Shown piece by piece: positions 36,924 to 48,385 of a stretch of 64,000 nt of DNA (the stretch's first letter is position 1; every line of letters begins with the position of its first letter). Source of the stretch: an uncultured Gemmatimonadaceae bacterium (GTDB lineage Bacteria; Gemmatimonadota; Gemmatimonadetes; Longimicrobiales; RSA9); NCBI GenBank assembly GCA_964605205.1, contig CAZSBL010000002.1, positions 7,932 to 71,931 of the forward strand, written 5' to 3'. Under the pieces are notes generated by a model, which did not search any database, was not told where the DNA came from, and saw only the letters and a program-made list of their open reading frames with translations. The position numbers and the translations under genes were made by a program.

Positions 36924-37581
36924 GATTCGTTATCTCGGTCCCTGAGTTGTCGAGCAGGATCACAGTGTCCGCGAGTTCGAACTGTACGCCTTCCCGCTCG
37001 GCCGTGGTAATGATAGCGGTGCCGGCGCGCTCCCGGCACGTCCGCAGGAGCCAGCCGGCGCGCTCGTCGCGGAGGCCGGCCGTGGGCTCTTCCAGCAGCA
37101 GCAGATCCGGATCGCGCACCAGCGCCCGGGCCATGACGGCCTCCTTGCGGACCTCCGGCGGCACATCCGCGGGCCGCATGTCGGCCCACCGGCCGAGCTC
37201 GAAGACATCGATGATCGCGCGGGTTCGCTCGTGGGCCGTGTCGGCGTCGGCCAGCCCACTGTAGAGCATCGGCACCACCAGGTTCATCCGCAGCGTCAGG
37301 TTGCTGACCAGGCCGGAGGGCTCGTCGAAGCCCACACCGAGCCGGCGCCGGAACTCCTGTGTGTCCCATCGGTTCAATCGGCCGGGGCGCTTGCCGAGGA
37401 CATCCACCGCGCCCTCCTGCGGCTCCCGCAGCCCCACCATGAGCCGGATCAGGATGAGCGCCACCCCGGGCGTGGTGGCGAACAGGCACAGGCTGCCTTC
37501 CTCGACGGCGAACGAGACCGGGTCGGGCCAGCCGGCGCGCGGCGGCGGGGGTACGACGTCGGTGAACCGGACAGCGCTCAT
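36904..37581 (-). CDS. MlaF-like ABC ATPase homolog with degenerate catalytic motifs (probable pseudo-ATPase)
   Basis: The ABC fold is recognisable from LLLLEEPTAGL and the ARALVRDPD context. Walker A is replaced by FATTPGVAL (no GKS/T). The Q-loop reads GFDEPSG. The signature LSGGQ is replaced by VPPEV. The H-loop reads TTAE. I re-called the start at MSAVRFTDV (37581). Confidence 0.65.
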   Translation of the reverse strand: MSAVRFTDVVPPPPRAGWPDPVSFAVEEGSLCLFATTPGVALILIRLMVGLREPQEGAVDVLGKRPGRLNRWDTQEFRRRLGVGFDEPSGLVSNLTLRMNLVVPMLYSGLADADTAHERTRAIIDVFELGRWADMRPADVPPEVRKEAVMARALVRDPDLLLLEEPTAGLRDERAGWLLRTCRERAGTAIITTAEREGVQFELADTVILLDNSGTEITNHEVGVV

Positions 37582-38381
37582 CAGTTCAGCACCAGCCAGA
37601 AGAGGAGGGAGAAGGAGACGGAAACGAGGAACACGAAGAGCAGCGAGGCCACCACGCCCCTCGTCACACACTGGGGAATGTCCGTCGGGCGCCGTCCCCC
37701 GACAAGCCCTTCGTAGCTGCAGAGGGTAGCGATCCCGAGCCCGAACACGGCGCCCTTGACCACGGTGAACACCAGGTCCATGGGTGTGAGGGCGTCCCGA
37801 ACCGAGACCGCCAGCGCGTCGGGCGAGACATCCGCCAGCCACCAGGCGAACGCGGCGCCACCGCCCAGCGCCACTACATCGAAGAAGACGGCCAGCACCG
37901 CCACGGAGATAGCGGCGCCCACGACCCGGGGGATGACCAGGTACTGGAGCGGATCCACGCCCATGGACTCCAGCGCCTCCGTCTCCCGGAGCACGCCGTT
38001 GGTGGCGAGCTCGGCGGCGATAGCGGTGCCGCTCCGGCCGAGGACCACGATGGCGGTCAGGAGCGGCCCCAGCTCCCGGATCACCACGGTGACCAGGATG
38101 GTGCCGAGCACGTCGCTGAAGCCGAAGCGAGCGGCCTGTGCGCTGGCCTGCGCGATGACGGCCAGCCCGATGACCAGCGCCATGATGCTGAGGAACGGGA
38201 GCGCCTGGACCGCCGTGAACCGGATCTGGTTGATGATGACCCGGAATCCCTGGGTCCGGGTGGTGGCCGGGTAGTGCAGGCCGGACCGGAAGATCGCACC
38301 GATGAAGCGGATCCGGCCGATCCAGCTCTGGCCCCGCTTGCGGGCACGCTGCCCGATCCCGGCGACGGTGCGAGTCAGCAT
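37581..38381 (-). CDS. MlaE-type ABC transporter permease
   Basis: The sequence QIRFTAVQALPFLSIMALVIGLAVIAQ...RELGPLLTAIVVLGRSGTAIAAELATNGVLRETEALESMGVDP is the conserved MlaE core. Confidence 0.85.
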   Translation of the reverse strand: MLTRTVAGIGQRARKRGQSWIGRIRFIGAIFRSGLHYPATTRTQGFRVIINQIRFTAVQALPFLSIMALVIGLAVIAQASAQAARFGFSDVLGTILVTVVIRELGPLLTAIVVLGRSGTAIAAELATNGVLRETEALESMGVDPLQYLVIPRVVGAAISVAVLAVFFDVVALGGGAAFAWWLADVSPDALAVSVRDALTPMDLVFTVVKGAVFGLGIATLCSYEGLVGGRRPTDIPQCVTRGVVASLLFVFLVSVSFSLLFWLVLN

Positions 38382-38383
38382 GG

Positions 38384-39541
38384 TCAGGGCGCCCGCTCCA
38401 GCGCCCGGGCCACGTCGTCGATCAGGTCATCGGGATCCTCGATCCCCACCGAGAGGCGCACGAGCCCGTCGGTGATCCCCATGGCGCTGCGCCGCTCCGG
38501 CGCCACGGCGGCGTGGGTCTGCATGGCCGGGTGGCCGATGAGGCTCTCGACCCCGCCGAGGCTCTCGGCCAGGGAGAAGATCTGGGTGGCCTCGACCATG
38601 GCCCGGGCCCGCTCCATGGAGCCCACGTCGATGCTCAGCATCCCGGTGAAGCCCTGCATCTGGCGCCGGGCCAGCTCGTGCTGCGGATGCGAAGGCAGCC
38701 CCGGGTAGTTGACCTGCCGCACCTTGGCGTGGTCGGCCAGGAACTCGGCCATCACGAGCCCGTTCCGGTTGTGCGCCTGCATGCGGACGGCCAGCGTCTT
38801 CGTGCCCCGGAGCGTGAGCCAGCAGTCCATGGGGCCGGGTACCGCGCCGGCGGCCTTCTGCATGTAGTAGAGGTGCTCCGCCCACTCGTCGTCGCTGGTC
38901 ACCACCATCCCGCCCACCACGTCGCTGTGCCCGTTCAGGTACTTGGTGGTGGAGTGGACCACCACATCGACCCCGAGCTCGAGGGGGCGCTGGTTGTACG
39001 GGGAGGCGAAGGTGTTGTCTACGACGGTGGTGATCCCTCGCCCGCGGCCCAGCTCCGCCGCCGCGGCCAGGTCCGAGACCCGCATCATGGGGTTCGTGGG
39101 CGTCTCGAGGTGGATCAGCTTCGTCTCGGGCCGGATGGCGTCCCGGATGGCGTCGATGCTGCGGCTGTCCACGTACGTGAACTCGATCCCCAGCCGGGCG
39201 AGCACGGTGTTGAACATCCGCGTCGTGCCGCCGTAGGTGTTCTCCTCGCTGACCACGTGATCGCCGGCGGAGAGCTTCTTGACGGTGGCCTCGATGGCCG
39301 CGAGTCCGCTGCCGAAGGCGGCGCCGTACCGCGCGCCCTCGAGGGAGGCGATGTTGGCCTGGAGCGCGTCCCGGGTCGGGTTCGTGACCCGGGCGTACTC
39401 GTACCCCTCCTTCGGCTCGCCCAGTGCCGGCTGGACGTAGGTGGAGGTCTGGTAGACCGGCGGCATGATGGCGCCGGTGGCCGGGTCCGGCCGCTGGCCG
39501 GCGTGGATCGCGCGCGTCGCGAAACGATGAGAATCTGACAT
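38384..39541 (-). CDS. Cys/Met-metabolism PLP-dependent enzyme (cystathionine gamma-lyase/synthase family), paralog 2
   Basis: I re-called the start at MSDSHRFATRAIHAGQ. The PLP lysine motif is HSTTKYLNGHSDVVGGMV, and the C-terminus contains LSVGIEDPDDLIDDV. The 656-aa ORF in the track is over-extended. Confidence 0.88.
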   Translation of the reverse strand: MSDSHRFATRAIHAGQRPDPATGAIMPPVYQTSTYVQPALGEPKEGYEYARVTNPTRDALQANIASLEGARYGAAFGSGLAAIEATVKKLSAGDHVVSEENTYGGTTRMFNTVLARLGIEFTYVDSRSIDAIRDAIRPETKLIHLETPTNPMMRVSDLAAAAELGRGRGITTVVDNTFASPYNQRPLELGVDVVVHSTTKYLNGHSDVVGGMVVTSDDEWAEHLYYMQKAAGAVPGPMDCWLTLRGTKTLAVRMQAHNRNGLVMAEFLADHAKVRQVNYPGLPSHPQHELARRQMQGFTGMLSIDVGSMERARAMVEATQIFSLAESLGGVESLIGHPAMQTHAAVAPERRSAMGITDGLVRLSVGIEDPDDLIDDVARALERAP

Positions 39542-39726
39542 CCGTTCGACGGTCTTGTTGCGGTTCGGGAGAGGGGGCAAAATAGGGTGCGACGGCGGAC
39601 CGGGAAAGGAAACGGCGCCGAGGGGTGACGTGGCTGGCGCGCAACGTGCACCCTCCGGGACCGGGTGGCCGGTCGCAGCAGGCTGCCGGCTCACGCTGGA
39701 ACGCGAACTCGAACTTGCACGCACCG

Positions 39727-40522
39727 CATGGCAACGCTCTCCACGCGAACGGTCCATTCCGATGACACCTCGCCGGAGCGCTGGCTGGGGATCCTGCACG
39801 GGATCTACGGTGCGGGCCGGAACTGGCGCTCGGTGGCCCGGGCCCTGGTCGAGGAGCGTCCGGAGTGGGGTGCGCTGCTGGTGGATCTCCGTCAGCACGG
39901 CGGCTCCACCGGCTTCGAGCCGCCCCACACGCTGGAGCGGACCGCGGCGGATCTCGACGGGCTGGAGACGGGCCCCGTGCGCGCGCTGCTGGGGCACTCG
40001 TTCGGCGGCAAGATCGCGCTGATCCGGGGCCGGGAAGAAGAGGTGGTGCAGCAGGTCTGGGTGGTCGATTCCACCCCGGAGGCCGGGGAGCCGCAGGGCC
40101 GCGCGTGGCGGATGATCGAGGTGCTGCGGTCGCTGCCCGGCCGGTTCGAAGACCGGGATGGCGCCGTCGATGCCATGGCGGAGCGCGGCATCGATCGGCC
40201 GGTGGCGCTGTGGATGTCCGCGAACCTGAAACGGGTCGGGGACGGGTATCGGTGGCGGGTCGACCTCGATGACATGGAAGCGCTCCTGACCGACTTCTTC
40301 GAGGCGGACCTGTGGGACGCAGTGGAATCGCCCCGGGACGGGCTGGAGATCCACTTCATCCGGGCCACCCGGTCACCGGTCATGAGTGCCGAGACGGTTG
40401 GCCGGATCCGGGAGGCGGGCAGGGCCACGGGGCGGGTCTTCCTCCACGAGGTGTCGGGCGGTCACTGGCTGAACGCTGACAACCCCGACGCCGTGGTCGA
40501 CCTGATGGCGCCCCGGCTGTGA
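39727..40522 (+). CDS. Alpha/beta hydrolase fold protein
   Basis: The sequence WLGILHGIYGAGRNW (oxyanion HG) and the nucleophile elbow GHSFGG are present. I re-called the start at MATLSTRTV. Confidence 0.75.
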
Positions 40523-40597
40523 GGCGAGCCCCGGGCGTCCGGGCTCCGATTGACGCCCGTCGGCCTCCCCGTCTACCTTAGTCCGGACTGTTTATGG

Positions 40598-40627
40598 GCC
40601 GACGCCTGCAGGCGGCGGCTCTTTTCA
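40598..40627 (+). terminator. Candidate intrinsic terminator after the hydrolase gene
   Basis: The hairpin gccgacgcc-tgca-ggcggcggc has one mismatch. It is followed by tcttttcac. Confidence 0.45.
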
Positions 40628-40640
40628 CGTGGAAGGTGTC

Positions 40641-42017
40641 ATGACGTACGAACCACCCCCGGGGCTGATGGTCAGCGTGTCCGGCCTGCGCGGGAAGGTC
40701 GGCGAGGCGCTGGACCCGCTGGTGGCCACCCGCTACGCCGCGGCGTTCGGGAGCTGGCTGTACGAAGAGAAGGGCGCCCCTCCCACGGTGGTCCTTGGGC
40801 GGGACTCCCGTGCGACGGGCCCGCTGCTGGCCCGGAGCGTATCGGCGGCGCTGGAGGCCGTGGGGTGCACGGTGATCGATATCGGGCTGGTGCCCACGCC
40901 TACCGCGCTCCTGGCCATCCGGCACCACGGAGCCGACGGCGGTGTGGTGGTAACGGCGAGCCACAACCCGGTGGAGTGGAACGCGCTGAAACTGGCGTCG
41001 GGTGCCGGGATGTTCCTCGATGCCGACCAGGCGGCGGCGATGCGGGAGCACGTGGACGCCCCGGGTTGGCGGGGGTGGGACGGGATCGGACGGACCGAGC
41101 TGGACGACGGCGCGGCGGCCCGGCACGTGGAGGCCATCCAGACGCTGCCGTTCGTGGACGTGGAAGCGATCCGGACGCGGAAGTTCCGGGTGGCCCTCGA
41201 CTGCGTACGAGGTGCCGGCGCGGTCACGTTCCCGAAGCTCCTCGAGGCGCTGGGATGCGATGTGCGGGGGATCAACCTGGAGCCGGACGGCCGGTTCCCG
41301 CGCAAGCCGGAGCCGGTGGCCGGGAACCTGGGGGAGCTGGAGTCGCTGGTCCGTGAGACGGGCGCCGACATCGGGCTCGCCACCGACCCCGACGGCGATC
41401 GCCTGTCACTGGTGGACGAGACCGGTCGGGCCATCGGCGAGGACTACACGCTGGCGCTGGCGGCGAAGCTGGTGCTCCAGCACCGGGTGGGACCCGTGGT
41501 CACGAACCTGTCGACGAGCCGCGTGGTAGAGGACGTGGCCGAGTTCGCCGATGCCCCCTTCTCCCGGGCGCCGGTGGGCGAGATCAACGTGGCCCGGCGG
41601 ATGGAGGCGGAGGGCGCCGTGATCGGCGGGGAAGGGAACGGTGGGGTGATCCTGCCGGACATCCAGCTGACGCGGGATGCCCACGTGGCGGCCGCCCTGG
41701 TCCTTCAGCTGCTGCTGGAGACGGGGTCCACGGTGAGCGAGATCGTGGCGTCGTCGCCGGAGTACGCCATCGTGAAGGACAGCGTGCCACGCCCCGACGG
41801 GCCGCTGGGACCGGCGTACGACCGGCTGGCCGAGATGCTGGACGCGGAGGTGGAGGACCGCCAGGATGGGCTGTGGCTCGGGTGGCCGTCGGCCGGCCGG
41901 TGGCTGCATTTCCGGCCGTCGGGAACGGAGCCGATCGTGCGGATGATCGCGGAAGCTCCCGACGAGGCTGGCGCCCGGACGCTGGTGGATGCGGCGCGCG
42001 ACGCCATGAACGCATAA
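40641..42017 (+). CDS. Phosphoglucosamine mutase / phosphomannomutase family enzyme (GlmM-like by context)
   Basis: The active-site loop is VVVTASHNPVEWNALKL, the metal site is GLATDPDGDRL, and GGEGNGG is present. The gene lies directly upstream of glmS. Confidence 0.8.
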   Translation: MTYEPPPGLMVSVSGLRGKVGEALDPLVATRYAAAFGSWLYEEKGAPPTVVLGRDSRATGPLLARSVSAALEAVGCTVIDIGLVPTPTALLAIRHHGADGGVVVTASHNPVEWNALKLASGAGMFLDADQAAAMREHVDAPGWRGWDGIGRTELDDGAAARHVEAIQTLPFVDVEAIRTRKFRVALDCVRGAGAVTFPKLLEALGCDVRGINLEPDGRFPRKPEPVAGNLGELESLVRETGADIGLATDPDGDRLSLVDETGRAIGEDYTLALAAKLVLQHRVGPVVTNLSTSRVVEDVAEFADAPFSRAPVGEINVARRMEAEGAVIGGEGNGGVILPDIQLTRDAHVAAALVLQLLLETGSTVSEIVASSPEYAIVKDSVPRPDGPLGPAYDRLAEMLDAEVEDRQDGLWLGWPSAGRWLHFRPSGTEPIVRMIAEAPDEAGARTLVDAARDAMNA

Positions 42018-42031
42018 CGAAGAGGACGGCT

Positions 42032-43864
<1,833 letters not shown>

Positions 43865-43868
43865 GCCC

Positions 43869-44309
43869 GTGAAGGTCGTGCTGCAGCGCGTTACGCGAGG
43901 CGAGGTCCGGATCGACGGCGAGGTCTCCGGACGCGTGGGCCGGGGCTACGTGGTGCTGGCCGGCTTCGGACCCGATGACAACGAGGAGACGCTGGCCTGG
44001 ATGGCCGACAAGATCGTCGGGCTGCGCCTCTTCCCGGACCACGACGACCGGATGAACCTCGACCTCGAGGCCGTCGAGGGCGGTCTCCTGGTCATCAGCC
44101 AGTTCACCCTGTACGGCGATGCCCGGAAGGGACGCCGGCCCAGCTTCATCGGCGCCGCCGACCCCGACGTGGCGATCCCCCTCTACGAGCGGTTCCTGGA
44201 GCTCTTGGAGGAGCGGGCGCCCGGGCGGGTGGCCAGCGGCGAGTTCGGCGCCATGATGGACGTGGAGCTCGTCAACGACGGGCCCGTCACCCTGATCCTC
44301 GAGCGGTGA
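43869..44309 (+). CDS. dtd: D-aminoacyl-tRNA deacylase
   Basis: The sequence KVVLQRVTRGEVRIDGEV...ISQFTLYGDARKGRRPSF...NDGPVTLIL matches Dtd. The start is GTG. Confidence 0.92.
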   Translation: MKVVLQRVTRGEVRIDGEVSGRVGRGYVVLAGFGPDDNEETLAWMADKIVGLRLFPDHDDRMNLDLEAVEGGLLVISQFTLYGDARKGRRPSFIGAADPDVAIPLYERFLELLEERAPGRVASGEFGAMMDVELVNDGPVTLILER

Positions 44310-44902
44310 GCGGCTCCGGGCCCCCGATCGTGCTCGCGTCCGGGTCGCCCCGGCGACGCCGGCTGCTGGAGCAGATCGGGCTGGCGTTCGAGGTGCGGCC
44401 GGCGGCGGTGGACGAGACGGCGCGGTCCGGTGAGACCGCCATCGCCCACGTGGAGCGGCTGGCCCGGGAGAAGGCGGAGGTGGTGGCCGCGGAGCGGCCG
44501 GACGCGCTGGTGATCGGCGGTGACACCGAGGTGGTCGTGGACGGCGAGCCGCTGGGCAAGCCGGCGGACCCGGCCCACGCCGTGGAGATGCTGCTCCGGC
44601 TCCAGGGGCGCGAGCACCGGGTGGAGAGCGGGGTGGCCGTGGTGACGCCGGACGGGCGGGTGAGGTCGGCCGTGGTCGGCGCGGATGTGCTGTTCCGGCC
44701 GTTCGACCAAGCGCTCGCCGAGGCGTACGCGGCCACCGGCGAGCCGCTGGGCAAGGCGGGCGCGTACGGGATCCAGGGGCGGGGCGCCGTGCTGGTGGAT
44801 TCGATCCGTGGCGACTATTTCACCATCATGGGGCTGCCCGTGGCCCGACTCGTCCGGCTGCTGGAGGAACTCGGCTACACGTACGACTTCGAAGGGATCT
44901 AG
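44306..44902 (+). CDS. maf: Maf-like nucleoside triphosphate pyrophosphatase
   Basis: The motifs IVLASGSPRRRRLLEQIG, KAGAYGIQG and IMGLP are present. Confidence 0.9.
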   Translation: MSGSGPPIVLASGSPRRRRLLEQIGLAFEVRPAAVDETARSGETAIAHVERLAREKAEVVAAERPDALVIGGDTEVVVDGEPLGKPADPAHAVEMLLRLQGREHRVESGVAVVTPDGRVRSAVVGADVLFRPFDQALAEAYAATGEPLGKAGAYGIQGRGAVLVDSIRGDYFTIMGLPVARLVRLLEELGYTYDFEGI

Positions 44903-44904
44903 AC

Positions 44905-46437
44905 ATGCGCGCCATCCTCGCCATCGACCAGGGCACCACCGGGAGCACGAGCATGGTGGTGGGAGAAGACGGGCGGATCCTCGGGCGGGCGTACTCCGAG
45001 TTCGAACAGCACTTCCCGCAGCCGGGCTGGGTCGAGCACGATGCCGGCGAGATCTGGGAGGTCACGCTGGCCGTGGCGCGGGAGGCGCTGGCCGCCGCCG
45101 GCGCCCGGGTGGCCGGGGGGACGGCGGGGACGGAAGCGGTGGAAGTGAAGGGGGTCGGGATCACCAACCAGCGGGAGACCGTTGTGGTCTGGGACCGGGA
45201 GACCGGTGAGCCGATTCACCGGGCCATCGTCTGGCAGGACCGGCGCACGGCGGCCCGGTGCCGTGAGCTTGAGGCCGCCGGCGAGCTGGAGCGGATCCGG
45301 GGCCGGACCGGACTCGTCATCGACCCGTACTTCTCCGGCACGAAGATCGAATGGATCCTCGATCACGTGGACGGCGCACGGGCGCGGGCTGAGGCCGGTG
45401 AGCTGGCGGCCGGGACCATCGACAGTTGGATGATCTGGAAGCTGACGGGTGGCCGGGTACACGCCACGGATCCGACCAACGCGTCACGGACCATGCTCTA
45501 CAACATCGACCGCCGGGAGTGGGACGACGAGCTCCTCGACCTCCTGCGCGTGCCCTGGACGGTGCTGCCCGAGGTCCGACCCTCCAGCGGCGATTTCGGG
45601 ACCACGGAGCCGGGGCTCCTCGATGGCCCGATCCCCATCGGCGGCGTGGCCGGAGACCAGCAGGCCGCCCTCTTCGGGCAGGGGTGCTGGCGGGCGGGGC
45701 TGGCCAAGAACACCTACGGCACGGGCGCGTTCCTCCTGCTTCACACGGGCCACGAGCGGATCGCGTCGGAGCACGGACTCCTGACCACCGTGGCGTGCGA
45801 TGCCCGGGGGCAGCCGGCGTACGCGCTGGAGGGCGCCATCTTCGTCGCCGGCGCGGCCGTCCAGTGGCTGAGGGATGGGCTGGGCCTGCTGAAGACCGCC
45901 GACCAGACCTCCGGGATGGCCGGCGAGCTGGCGTCCAACGACGGCGTGTACTTCGTGCCGGCCTTCGTGGGGCTCGGCGCGCCACACTGGGAGACCGAGG
46001 CCCGGGGCACGCTGGTGGGACTGACCCGGGGCACCGACGCCCGGCACCTGGCCCGGGCCACCCTCGAGGCGATGGCGTACTCCACCCGGGACGTGCTTCT
46101 GGCCATGGAGAGCGACTCGGGCGTGGACGCCCGGGAGCTGGCCGTGGACGGGGGCGCCGCCGCCAACGACTGGATGATGCAGTTTCAGGCCGACATCCTC
46201 GACCTGCCCGTGCGCCGGCCCCGGAACCTGGAGACCACGGCGCTCGGGGCCGCCGGGCTGGCGGGCCTCGCTGCCGGTGTATGGCCGAACGCCGATGCTT
46301 TCCTGGGCGCGCGCCCCGAGCCGGACCACTTCGAGCCGGGGATGGACACCGCCGGGCGGGAGGCGCTCCTGTCCGGCTGGGCCCGGGCCGTGGAGACCGC
46401 GCTGCACTGGGCCCGCGGCCATGAGGCGCAGCCGTGA
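44905..46437 (+). CDS. glpK: Glycerol kinase
   Basis: The sequence AILAIDQGTTGSTSMV...GWVEHDAGEIW...GITNQRETVVVWDR...AIVWQDRRTA...YFSGTKIEWIL matches GlpK. Confidence 0.95.
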   Translation: MRAILAIDQGTTGSTSMVVGEDGRILGRAYSEFEQHFPQPGWVEHDAGEIWEVTLAVAREALAAAGARVAGGTAGTEAVEVKGVGITNQRETVVVWDRETGEPIHRAIVWQDRRTAARCRELEAAGELERIRGRTGLVIDPYFSGTKIEWILDHVDGARARAEAGELAAGTIDSWMIWKLTGGRVHATDPTNASRTMLYNIDRREWDDELLDLLRVPWTVLPEVRPSSGDFGTTEPGLLDGPIPIGGVAGDQQAALFGQGCWRAGLAKNTYGTGAFLLLHTGHERIASEHGLLTTVACDARGQPAYALEGAIFVAGAAVQWLRDGLGLLKTADQTSGMAGELASNDGVYFVPAFVGLGAPHWETEARGTLVGLTRGTDARHLARATLEAMAYSTRDVLLAMESDSGVDARELAVDGGAAANDWMMQFQADILDLPVRRPRNLETTALGAAGLAGLAAGVWPNADAFLGARPEPDHFEPGMDTAGREALLSGWARAVETALHWARGHEAQP

Positions 46438-46901
46438 CCGCCCACCGACCGCCCCGGATCTCCGTGGCTGGTGCCGGCACCGCCGACGCCGAGCTGGCCG
46501 CCGTTGCCGAGGAGCTGGGCCGCCGGATCGCGGACGCCGGCGCGGTGCTGATCTGTGGCGGACGGAGCGGGGTGATGGAGGCCGCTGCCCGGGGCTGCGC
46601 CGAGGCCGGTGGGCTGACCATCGGGATACTGCCCGGGTCCGATCCGGCCGGGGCAAATCCGCACATCCGGATCCCGCTCCCCACCGGCCTCGGTGATGCC
46701 CGCAACGTCCTGGTGGCCCGCACCGGCGAGGCCGTCATCGCCGTGGGCGGCGGCTGGGGCACCCTCTCCGAGGTGGCGTTCGCCCGGAAGGTGGGCGTGC
46801 CCGTCGTCCTGCTGCGACCCGGGCTGACGCGCGGGCTGGATCTGCCGGTGGCCGACTCCCCGCGGGAGGCCGTGGAGATGGCCCTCGGGGCCCGGCCGTG
46901 A
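46434..46901 (+). CDS. LOG-family / TIGR00725-type small Rossmann protein (lysine-decarboxylase-like)
   Basis: The motifs LICGGRSGVMEAAARG and GGGWGTLSE (PGGxGTxxE-like) are present. A GTGA overlap links it to the glpK stop. Confidence 0.75.
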   Translation: MTAHRPPRISVAGAGTADAELAAVAEELGRRIADAGAVLICGGRSGVMEAAARGCAEAGGLTIGILPGSDPAGANPHIRIPLPTGLGDARNVLVARTGEAVIAVGGGWGTLSEVAFARKVGVPVVLLRPGLTRGLDLPVADSPREAVEMALGARP

Positions 46902-47371
46902 TCCCGTGGCTGGCGGTGTGGGCACTGGTGGTGGGCCCGATTCAGGGACCGGCGCCGGGCTCGCAACCGCCGGGTCCGCCCGGGGCCGACGACCCGGTGG
47001 CGGTCGGGGTTCCCGGCCCGGTCCCGGCCCCTGCCACGGCGTGGCCTGCCGCGTCGATACGGGCTCCCTGGCTCGTCGCACGGAGCCGCGCCGAAGAGGT
47101 GCCGGTGCGGGGATCCGATCGATGGCTCGCGGAAGACAAGGCGCAGCATTTCGCCATGTCGTTCGCCGCCACCGGGATGTGGTACGGGGCGGCCCGGCTG
47201 GCGCTGGAGCCCGTGCCCGCACGGGCCACGGCGGTGGGCGCTGCGGTGGCCATGGGGGTCGGGAAGGAGCTATGGGACGTGACCCGCGGTGGCCCGTTCA
47301 GCGTGAAGGACCTGTTCTGGGACGCCCTGGGCGTGGCACTGGGCTACACCCTCCTACAACGGATGGACTGA
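46898..47371 (+). CDS. Hypothetical protein, DUF2279/YfiM-like C-terminal region
   Basis: The sequence DRWLAEDKAQHFAMSFAATGMWY...GVGKELWD...FSVKDLFWDALG resembles the DUF2279 pattern. The N-terminus is Pro-rich. Confidence 0.5.
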   Translation: MIPWLAVWALVVGPIQGPAPGSQPPGPPGADDPVAVGVPGPVPAPATAWPAASIRAPWLVARSRAEEVPVRGSDRWLAEDKAQHFAMSFAATGMWYGAARLALEPVPARATAVGAAVAMGVGKELWDVTRGGPFSVKDLFWDALGVALGYTLLQRMD

Positions 47372-47372
47372 C

Positions 47373-47603
47373 ATGCAGGAAACGATTCTGATCGTGATCC
47401 TCGGAGTGGTCGCTCTCGGGGCGGTGGCGTACCCGGTGCTGGTGGGCTGGGAGCGGTTCTCGGACGCCGCGGAGCTAGAGTCGGAGATCCGGCGGTACCG
47501 GGAAGCGCTGGAGGCCGGCACCGTGTGTGATCGCTGCAAGAACGCGAACCCGGCCGACGCCCGCTTCTGCGCCGAGTGCGGCGAGCCGCTGGCCGACGGC
47601 TGA
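47373..47603 (+). CDS. Small TM protein with a C-terminal zinc-ribbon
   Basis: An N-terminal TM helix is followed by CDRCKNANPADARFCAECGEPL (CxxC-N10-CxxC). Confidence 0.55.
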   Translation: MQETILIVILGVVALGAVAYPVLVGWERFSDAAELESEIRRYREALEAGTVCDRCKNANPADARFCAECGEPLADG

Positions 47604-47764
47604 GACGATGGTGCCCGGGTCCGGAGGCAGTATCCGGCGAGCAGCCGGGGCACCGGCTCGGAGAATACCCCGGACGCGCGGGAACGAGGATTGCATCCCG
47701 AAATGGGCGTCTATCCACGACGTCACGACGACGCGGAACCCTCAGATCCCTATCAGGAGGAACC

Positions 47765-48382
47765 ATGGCTTACCCGTTCGAGCTCCCCGATCTGCCGTAC
47801 GCCTTCGATGCCCTGGAGCCACACATCGATGCCCGCACGATGGAGATCCATCATGACCGGCATCACGCGGGCTACACCAGCAAGCTGAACGCGGCCCTCG
47901 AGAGCCACGCCGACTGGCACGACCGGGAAATCGACGACATCCTCGCCAACCTCAGCAGTGTGCCCGAGGAGATCCGGACGGCCGTGCGCAACAACGGCGG
48001 CGGCTACGTTAACCACAAGCTGTTCTGGAGCGTCATGAGCCCCGATGGCGGCGGCAACCCCTCGGGCGCGCTGGCCGACGCCATCGATGACGCGTTCGGC
48101 TCGTTCAGCGCGTTCAGGGACAGCCTTACCAACGCGGCCACCGGGCAGTTCGGCAGCGGCTGGGGCTGGCTCGTGATGAGCGGTGGCAAGCTGAAGGTCT
48201 ACAGCACGCCCAACCAGGACAGCCCGCTGATGAACGGCGACCGGCCGATCCTGGGTGTGGACGTCTGGGAGCACGCGTACTACCTCCATTACCAGAACAA
48301 GCGCGGTGACTACGTGAACGCGTGGTGGGACGTGATCGACTGGGACGCCGTGACCGAGCGGTTCGTGGACGCGGGCGGTTGA
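47765..48382 (+). CDS. Fe/Mn superoxide dismutase
   Basis: The sequence MAYPFELPDLPYAFDALEPHIDARTMEIHHDRHHAGY...GWGWLV...DVWEHAYYLHYQNKRGDY matches the family. The RBS caggagga lies upstream. The track ORF 47576.. is over-extended. Confidence 0.95.
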   Translation: MAYPFELPDLPYAFDALEPHIDARTMEIHHDRHHAGYTSKLNAALESHADWHDREIDDILANLSSVPEEIRTAVRNNGGGYVNHKLFWSVMSPDGGGNPSGALADAIDDAFGSFSAFRDSLTNAATGQFGSGWGWLVMSGGKLKVYSTPNQDSPLMNGDRPILGVDVWEHAYYLHYQNKRGDYVNAWWDVIDWDAVTERFVDAGG

Positions 48383-48385
48383 ACC

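Noticed and set aside
42018-42031. A glmS ribozyme upstream of glmS.
   Set aside because: Only 14 nt separate glmM-like and glmS, so there is no room for the ~170-nt ribozyme.
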